A DNA stretch of 63,735 nucleotides from positions 1-63,735 of the forward strand of contig NW_021833651.1 of assembly GCF_006345805.1 (NCBI RefSeq), read 5' to 3'. The DNA is from Octopus sinensis (taxonomy: Eukaryota). Under the pieces are notes generated by a model, which was not told where the DNA came from, ran no database searches, and worked only from the letters and a program-made list of their open reading frames with translations. Each line of letters starts with the position of its first letter. Position 1 is the stretch's first letter. The position numbers and the translations under genes were made by a program. This document shows, piece by piece, positions 56,008 to 63,735 of this stretch.

Positions 56008-59000
56008 ATGATTAAGTTGGGCTGTATAAATGTGCGTGGAATGGGGTCGAAATGGAAACAGGCTTGCTTGCTGGACGACCTCAGGACACACAAATAATAA
56101 TGTAGCCATTGTCACCGAGTCCAAGATGAGAGGAACCCAAGCGTTCTCGCATCTTCTCAATGGTTACGAGAAATTTATTTCTCCTAGCCGAGGAGGAAGT
56201 GCAGGCGTGGCAGTCCTTATCAGGAAGAACTTGGACTTACAGGTAAGTACTGTCTTTATGGACCAGAAGGTAGGCTGGTTGTCCTCGATGTAACTCACGT
56301 AAGTAAGCAGTCCTTCAGGTTGGTAGCTGTTTATGCTCCTAATGAGGGTAGGCAGACTGGTTTTTATCGGAACTTGGAGCACTTTCTAGTGACGTCTAAA
56401 ACGGTAGTATTGGTAGGGGATTTCAACACTATCATCGATGCGCGGATAGATAGTGTGGGCTCGTCTGATAGAAGGGGGAATCCTTGCCTTAAGGGTCTAC
56501 TGACGAGCTTTAATCTAGTAGATCGGTTTCGAATGGATGAGCCGAGCATTCCACAGTGGACGTGGAGTAACAATGACGGCTCACGCAGATCGTATATAGA
56601 TAGGGTATTTGTTAAAGAACGAGATAGGAATAGCATTAGCTGTCCACAATTTTGTATTGTGCCTTACACGGATCACAAATTAGTGACGTGTGAGGTACAT
56701 GTAGATAAATGCCATAGACAGGGACCCGGATACTGGAAAATGAACAAGTCTATTTTGGCTTGTGAAGCTTTCCGTAACCGGATTATGGAATTAGTCCAGA
56801 GGGCATTATGTGGAACCATCATTAATAATAGATGGTGGATCGCCCTCAAAAGAGCCATCCGTTTGGAGTCCATTAGATTTAGCAACCAGCTAAGTTTAGA
56901 TAGGACTAGAATAGAGGGCGATTTAGTTAAGAACTTAGACGAGGCAATGGGATCTGGCTGTGCATCTAGAGTGTTAGCAGAGAGAACGATCTTGTACCGT
57001 CACCTCAATGCCAGCATGAAGGATGTAGAGTCAGAGCTAAGCTACGTGCAGTGAAACGAGAAGGTATTAATGTTGCCGGATGGGCACGTCGTGTGGAGAG
57101 TCAGAAGGGCAAAAAGTCCTCTATTAAGTCTTTAACTGACGAACAGGGACGCAAAATCTATGGACAGGAGGAGATACAGAAGGTCTTTCAAAAGCATTTC
57201 GCTCGGTTGTTTGGGGAGGGCGATCCACTCGAGCGAGGGGAGGAACTTACAGAACTTCCTAGCTGGTGGGCCTCGGCTCTCGCCAAGCAGAGCGGAACGC
57301 TGTGAAGGACCGATTACTCCCGCGGAGGTAAGAGGGGTTTTGGCTGAATGCGCCCGGGAAAAGTCGCCGGGACTGGATGGTCTGCCCTATGAGTTTTATT
57401 GTTGTATGCCGGACTTGTTCGGGGACATACTGGCAAGCGTCTACGCAAACTGGCAACAGAATGGGAGGATTCCCAGTTCTGTGAGCCGGGGAGTGTGACG
57501 CTGATCCAGAAAGACCCGAGCAAGGGGGATATATTAGTAATTATAGGCCCATAACTCTACTTAATGTAGAGTTAAAGATTTTGGCCAAGGTGTTAGCAGA
57601 AAGGTTGAAGGTCGTCATGGAAAAACTTGTCGGAAAGGCACGACATGTGCAATCCCAGGCAGGTCGATCGAAGATAATCTTCACCTTCTACGCTACACTA
57701 TAGACAGGGTGGGCAATTAGCCGGCAAAGGAGGGGCATTGGTCCATTTAGACCAAAGTAAAGCATTTGATAGGGTAGATCATCAGTACCTGGCGACGGTT
57801 CTCGAAGCGGCTGGGCTAGGTCCTGACTTTCGCGGGTGGATATCAGCTATGTACAGCGGTATCAAGTCCACAGTCCAGATAAACGGTTACTTAACGGAAC
57901 CGTTTTCGATTAAGCGTTCAGTTCGTCAAGGATGTCCCTTGTCCCCTCTCCTGTACGTTTTGGCTCTTGAGCCATTGCTGCGGAAGTTGGAGACGGTGAG
58001 ATGCAATCCTAATGAAATCGGATGCGGTAAGTCTGTTTCTGTCTGCGTATGCGGATGACGTCACCTTCATCGTGTCCAACGAAGCACAACTAACTCGTGT
58101 AGAAGGTGCTCTCCGAAGATACGAAGCGGTGGCTGGGGCAAAAGTTAACAAGGACAAGTCCACTGGTTTGCGCCTCGGCACCTGGAGGAACAAGCCGATA
58201 TCGTCCAGTGTTGTTGGACACTGGACAGATGGTCCTGTTAAATTGCTTGGAGTTTGGTTTGGTTCAGACTCCCAGACGGAGAAAAATTGGAGCGAGGTAG
58301 TGACCAAGGTAGAAGCCATAGTTTGGGAGTGGTCCGGAAGGCATCTTTCCTTGAAAGGGAGGGCGGAGGTGGTACAGGTGTTTATAGCATCTGTAATCAC
58401 CTATCGCCTGACTGTCGTGCCTTGCCCCGATTTGTGGCTAAGCAAGTTGGATCGACTCCTTTTCCGCTTTTTGTGGAAGGGAGGAAAGCCACTTGTAAGG
58501 CGCTCCGTGTGTTGCCAGGAACCACTAAAGGGTGGGCTGGGGATGCCTTGGTTAATGATGCGCAGGCATGCGCTGAGACTGAGACATCTCTGGTTTCACC
58601 TGGAAGGTGATAAGGTGTGGAGTCCGCTGGCAGATAATTTCTTCCCGCAACCGGACTCTATGGAGAGATTTAAACAGGTTTCATTAAAAGACGGAACCTG
58701 ACTTATGGCAGAAAGAGTGCCGACAGGCACTCTGGCTGATCCACAAGATAGGCAAAGCCGGCTGCGGGAATACCACCCGACATTTTATAGAAGGATGGTA
58801 GAGGCAAAAAATGACGACGTCCTAAGAGGGTCTCTGGGGTTCGATGAGGATCAACTATCCGACCTGTTTAAGAAGACTTTCAAGCGGGGTATTTGGACAA
58901 TTACCAAAAATCCCTGACTTGGCAGTGCTATAGGAATGCTCTACCTGTTCGCGATAAGTTATATAGGCATGGAATGTCAGTGCCACCGACATGTCCAAGA

Positions 59001-59401
59001 TGTGGGTTGGACGATGAAACCGTCCAGCACGCTTTTGTACATTGTCAGGAGCTGTCAGGCTTAATAAGTTACGTAGAACACGTGTTGTCGCATCTGGGAC
59101 GAGTACAGCTATCGGCTGGTTCTATAATAAAGATGATACCGCCAGCTGGACTCTCAAAGGAAGGTGAGGCTTGTTTTCACTGTACGGTGGCAGTACTGAA
59201 AGAGTGTGTGTGGAGAACTAATTGGAAGGTTTGGTGTCAGGATCCTTTGTCTCTGGATATGGTATGTTAAAATACTTCAGATACCATCTAAAGAGCAAGA
59301 TGGATTTAGAGAAGAGGAACCTGACACAGAAAAAGTATGTGAATCGATGGAAGGATGTGATAAAAAAAGTGGGTGTGAGTAACCCTGCTTGGTCATCATG
59401 A
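56008..59401 (+). CDS. Tx1 ORF2, copy 2 (frameshifted as assembled)
   Basis: Same APE, RT and zinc-finger motifs, with indels mostly at different positions from copy 1. Confidence 0.88.
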
Positions 59402-59629
59402 AGGGAAAAAATGTCTCTGGGCTCTTAGGCTGTCGGGTAAGAATCCTGACTGTGATATACCTAGCTGGCCAAAATTTTTAATTTAAAAAAAAGAAAGGGA
59501 AAAGTAAAGTCTAGTATCATAATCAATAATCAACAATAAATATCAAACGAACAACGTAAACTTTTTGTAATTATGTTTTGTATTGTAATGTACTATCTCT
59601 GTAAGATTTTTATAATCATAATAAAGTTT

Positions 59630-62060
59630 CAGTTTCTGTTTTGCGTGTCTGGTGTAATGTTGAAGAGAGGCGGGTCCAATTGAGGTGAATAATGGGTGCC
59701 GTATTGTCGTTATGTGTGCGATTTAATTTTTGTTGTGGATGGATGGCACGTGGTCCAAGTGCCTTGGATTATTTTGAAGGTGTATGCCAAACATCATTCG
59801 GACAGTGCTGATGGAATATTTCCACATCAATACAGATAATGTAGCGTTCACGGCGTCGTTGGAGTGAATACAAGTTCAAACAGCTTCTCTAGTCTACCCC
59901 AGTAGTCACTGTCTGACATGCCATCTATCTTTTTTTCATTGACTTTTGGGGAGCTTCAATTCTCATAATATCTTGTTTTGTGTAGGGAGACCACAGTGGA
60001 CAGCAGTATTCAAGGTGGGGTCGGGCAAAAGTGGAGAAGAGAAGGATAAAGTGTGGGAATCTCTCGACTGGAAGTTCTGAGAATCCAGGAACACATTCTG
60101 TGAGCCATGTCAAATTGCTGCTTATATGTGTAGCCCAGCTTATGTTGTTGTCCACTGTTACTCTCAAGTCTCTGATGTTGTTGGACGCCATGAGAATTTC
60201 CCCAGAAGGAAGGGAGTATGGGAGTTTCAGAGCGTCCTCCCTTCCAAAGTGGATCAGTTCGAATTTTGTCGTTCGTTTAGCAACATGTGGTTCTTTTCCG
60301 CCCATGGACAACAGCCAGTAGGTCTGACTGAAGGCTTATCGGTCATCCACGCCATTGATGACTTCTGGAGCTTGGAATCATCAGCGAAGGTTCTGATGTT
60401 CTGTGTTTGATGGTTGTCAGTAATAATCATTTGTAGATGATGAGAGAGAAGTGGGGCCCAACACAGTGCCTTGTGGGACACCCCACGACGCTGACTTTGG
60501 CTGGGCTGGATTTGACTCCTTCGACTACAACATGTTGAGTTCTGTTAGACAGGAAGCACTTGATCCATTGCAGCAGCTTTCCAGTGACACCAATATTGGA
60601 CAGCTTTCTCAGAAGGATCTTATGATCAACCCGTTCAAAGGCCTTGCTGAAATCAAGGTAGATGACATCAGTGTTGGAACTCTCTCCCAAGGCTCTCAAA
60701 ATGTCATCAAAATGATGCATAGCTGCGTCAGGCAATCTCTTCCATACGGAATCCATGCTGGTTGGAGTTCAGCATATTATGAGTCATACGCGATCACAGC
60801 ACTCTCTCAAATACCTTAATGATATGAGAGGTGAGTGAGATGGACGGTAATTCACGGCAAGCGATTTGTTTCCTTTTTGAAAACTGGGACAACAGACTGG
60901 ATAGAAGGCTTCGGTATATTCCAGCTCTAGTGAGTTCCGCCACAGATTGGCTAGAGGGGGTGCAAGTTGATTTTGACACATCTTCAAGACACAAGCAGGG
61001 AACCTATCGGGACCTACTGCTGAATTATGCTTCATTTCCTTTAAGCGCCAAAGGTTATGTCCGATAAAGTGTATTGGGAGTAACATCACTGATACAGCCC
61101 AGATCAGTCATATCAGGATTGCTGAAAACAGAGCAATATTGTTTCTGCAATATCTCTCCCATGGTTTTGGCATTGTCTTGAAGAGTACCATTTTCATCAA
61201 TCAGAGGGCCAATAGTACAACCAGTGACTCTGTGTTTTTTTGCAAATGAAAAGAACACTTTGGGATTGAGTTTGATCTTTTCAATGGCCCAGGCCTCTTC
61301 AGCTCTTCGCTGACTATTGATGATAGACATCATGTTGTTTGGGAGTTTATGTTTTTTAATCTCTAGCGACGAGATGGCAGTCAGGTTGGTGTGTTGCTGT
61401 TGACAGTATTTCAGCTTGTTGATTTTTTTTGTTAATTCTTTTAATTTTCCTAATGAGATTTTCTATTTCTAGAGATTCGTCACTTAGATTTGTTTGCAGA
61501 TCTTAATGGGGTGTGTTTAGCACATATGTTCGTAATGTGTCTACAAATGACTGCCAGGACTTTTGATGTAGTGGTGTGTATGTGTGCGTGAAGGACCAAT
61601 CGACTTGTGCAAGATCATTATTGATCGCATCCCAGTTTGCATTGTGGAAATCCATAGTGTCAAATGGATGAACAGGAGAGATGACATTTGTTTTGCATTT
61701 TGGCCAGTGAAATCTCAGATCACAGAGAACCATGTCATGATCAGAGAGTAGGTTTTCTCTCCACTGCAATATTGTGGATAGTATCAGTGCGATTGCTGAA
61801 AATTAAGTCTAAGACGTTTTTATGACATCTCGTTGGTTCGAGCACCAGTTGGGACAGGAAGAAATCATCCATGAAGTCAAGAAGCGATTCCACTGCCTCC
61901 CTGTCAGGGGTTGAGAGAGAAGAACCTGGCGGCAGACTGTTTGTAGACCAGTCAACCCCGGGAAGGTTGAAGTCTCCCATCATTAAAATGTTGTCAGGTT
62001 GACACTGCTGAATGAAACACTTTATGTTGTTGAGGCATTCCTTGAAGCAGAGCCCAACTA
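59630..62060 (-). mobile_element. Degraded CR1/L2-group LINE (APE to RT), 3' end missing
   Basis: MGDFNLPGVDW, NVLDLIFSN, SDHDMV, GPDRFP, YLDFSKAFERVDH, FADD and ARPHLEYCCPLWSP. Confidence 0.88.
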
Positions 62061-62202
62061 CTGTTATATATATAAGATTAATCAGCCGAAATTGCGAGGA
62101 TGATCCGGTTCTTGACTAAAGATTGAAGGCTTCGAATGTCCCGTCCGTGTTTTTTGTATCGTCTTCTAAATGTTTTGCGTTCTTGTCCCAGTTTGTATTT
62201 TT

Positions 62203-62246
<44 letters not shown>

Positions 62247-62407
62247 TATCAACACACACGCACACACATACGGATGCACAACTATTAAATGATATTGGAG
62301 GTGCTATACTGTATTCACAAGTTGGCGACGGGGGTAGCAGATGTTGGGTGTGGGTGACTAGGAACCCTTTTCGTCACACACTCACACACACACAACACAC
62401 ACACACA

Positions 62408-62449
<42 letters not shown>

Positions 62450-62492
62450 ATATATATATTATATATATATGTTATATATATGTTTACATATT

Positions 62493-62537
<45 letters not shown>

Positions 62538-62539
<2 letters not shown>

Positions 62540-62658
62540 AGCTCTAAACGGACAGCTTTTTTCTTATTTTTATAAGAATGCCATATTAGTATGGCGATAA
62601 CTATTATTTTCCGGGAACGCTGCCGCTGTTCTCTTTTAGAGAGACTTAGTAATTTTAA

Positions 62659-62665
<7 letters not shown>
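62538..62665 (+). mobile_element. Partial copy of the 362-bp hammerhead repeat in (TA)n
   Basis: ggacagcttttttcttatttttataagaatgcc...gagagacttagt matches 54087-54190. Confidence 0.85.
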
Positions 62666-62702
<37 letters not shown>

Positions 62703-62727
62703 GTATATATATATATATCTATAATAT

Positions 62728-62761
<34 letters not shown>

Positions 62762-62766
62762 GTACA

Positions 62767-62812
<46 letters not shown>

Positions 62813-63735
62813 GATACAATGTTCAGAATACATGAATTTTTGTATCCGGGCCTGTGATGTGTTGACGTGATAAGGGAGGTAAACAGACATCCACCATCAC
62901 CACCACCACCACCACCACCACCACCCACACAACCACTGGCACCATCTCCACCGCCACCGCTACCACCCCCATCACCACCACCGCCACCACCACCACCACC
63001 ACTACTGACGACACAGCATCAGCAATGGCAACGACACGATCGTGCGTTCTTAAGGGTTTCTATGGGATTGCATGTGTGTGTGTGTATGTGTGTGTATGTG
63101 TTTGTGTGTTTTTGTTACTGAGGAATTCTGTCACTGTTCGCATATGTGTGTGTATGTGTGTGTGTGTGTGTGTTGTGACGTGTCAAGGTGAGCAATATTT
63201 GTATGTATGTGTGTGTGTATTTGTGTGTGTGTGTGTCAACAGTGCTTTTTCTTCTCCTTTTCAGCATCCGTCCCGCCTACAGTATAAAACGGCAGCATCG
63301 GAAAACTTTACAGCAGCTGTCGTCACCATGACAACGACGACCTGTCAGGATGTTGCTGGTCGTGATGGCGATGGCGGTGGTGGTGGTGGTGGTGGTGATA
63401 GTGTCGGTAGAGTGGAGGTGACGAAGTTCATGGCGGTGGCGGCGACGTTTCCTGGAGGTAATCGCGGTGGTGATGGTGGAGGCAATAGTTACTGTTGGTG
63501 GTGGAGGAAATGACGTTTCTGAAGATGATGATGATGATTATGAATGATGATGATGATGATGATGATGATGGTAGTGCTGCTGCTGCTGCTGCTGTTTTTG
63601 GAGTTGGATTGGGGGGGGGACATCTACTGAAGTGCTGATGGCCAATGAAGGTGGTTGACAGCGGAGTGTTGTATGTCATAAGATTGTGGTGGAGGCGAAA
63701 GCCAGAGAAGGTGAGGAGGCGACACTGAACATTTT

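Larger units (their letters stand above)
54285..59626 (+). mobile_element. Tx1-clade retrotransposon, copy 2 (no downstream TSD)
   Basis: Near-identical to copy 1 with the same 5' junction ggaagcgacacctact|gatttttcc. Confidence 0.92.

Overview
Gene-poor, repeat-saturated animal genomic DNA. The SINE families and extreme microsatellite density suggest a coleoid cephalopod, probably Octopus (inference from recall, not from a search). No host protein-coding gene is supportable, and most ORF-track entries are translated microsatellites. Real coding signal is all transposon-derived: two tandem, near full-length Tx1-clade (L1 group) non-LTR retrotransposons (48540-53906, 54285-59626), two 5'-truncated copies of a second Tx1-like family, CR1/L2-group LINE fragments, an RTE-like RT fragment and Tc1/mariner relics. 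There are also many tRNA-derived SINEs, a Helitron-like element, a MITE and (TA)n-embedded foldback elements with the inverted-plus-direct layout of Penelope-like pseudo-LTRs, several carrying minimal type I hammerhead ribozyme (HHR) motifs. The standout is at 47.8-59.6 kb. A ~362-bp HHR-bearing repeat (retrozyme-like, with a U3:A8 covariant core) is hit at the same nucleotide by both Tx1 copies. Copy 1 has a 16-bp target-site duplication, and an empty target site lies on the opposite strand nearby. This looks like a LINE that specifically targets a ribozyme retroelement and may borrow its self-cleavage. The scattered 1-bp indels look partly like long-read errors, so ORF intactness needs raw-read checking.
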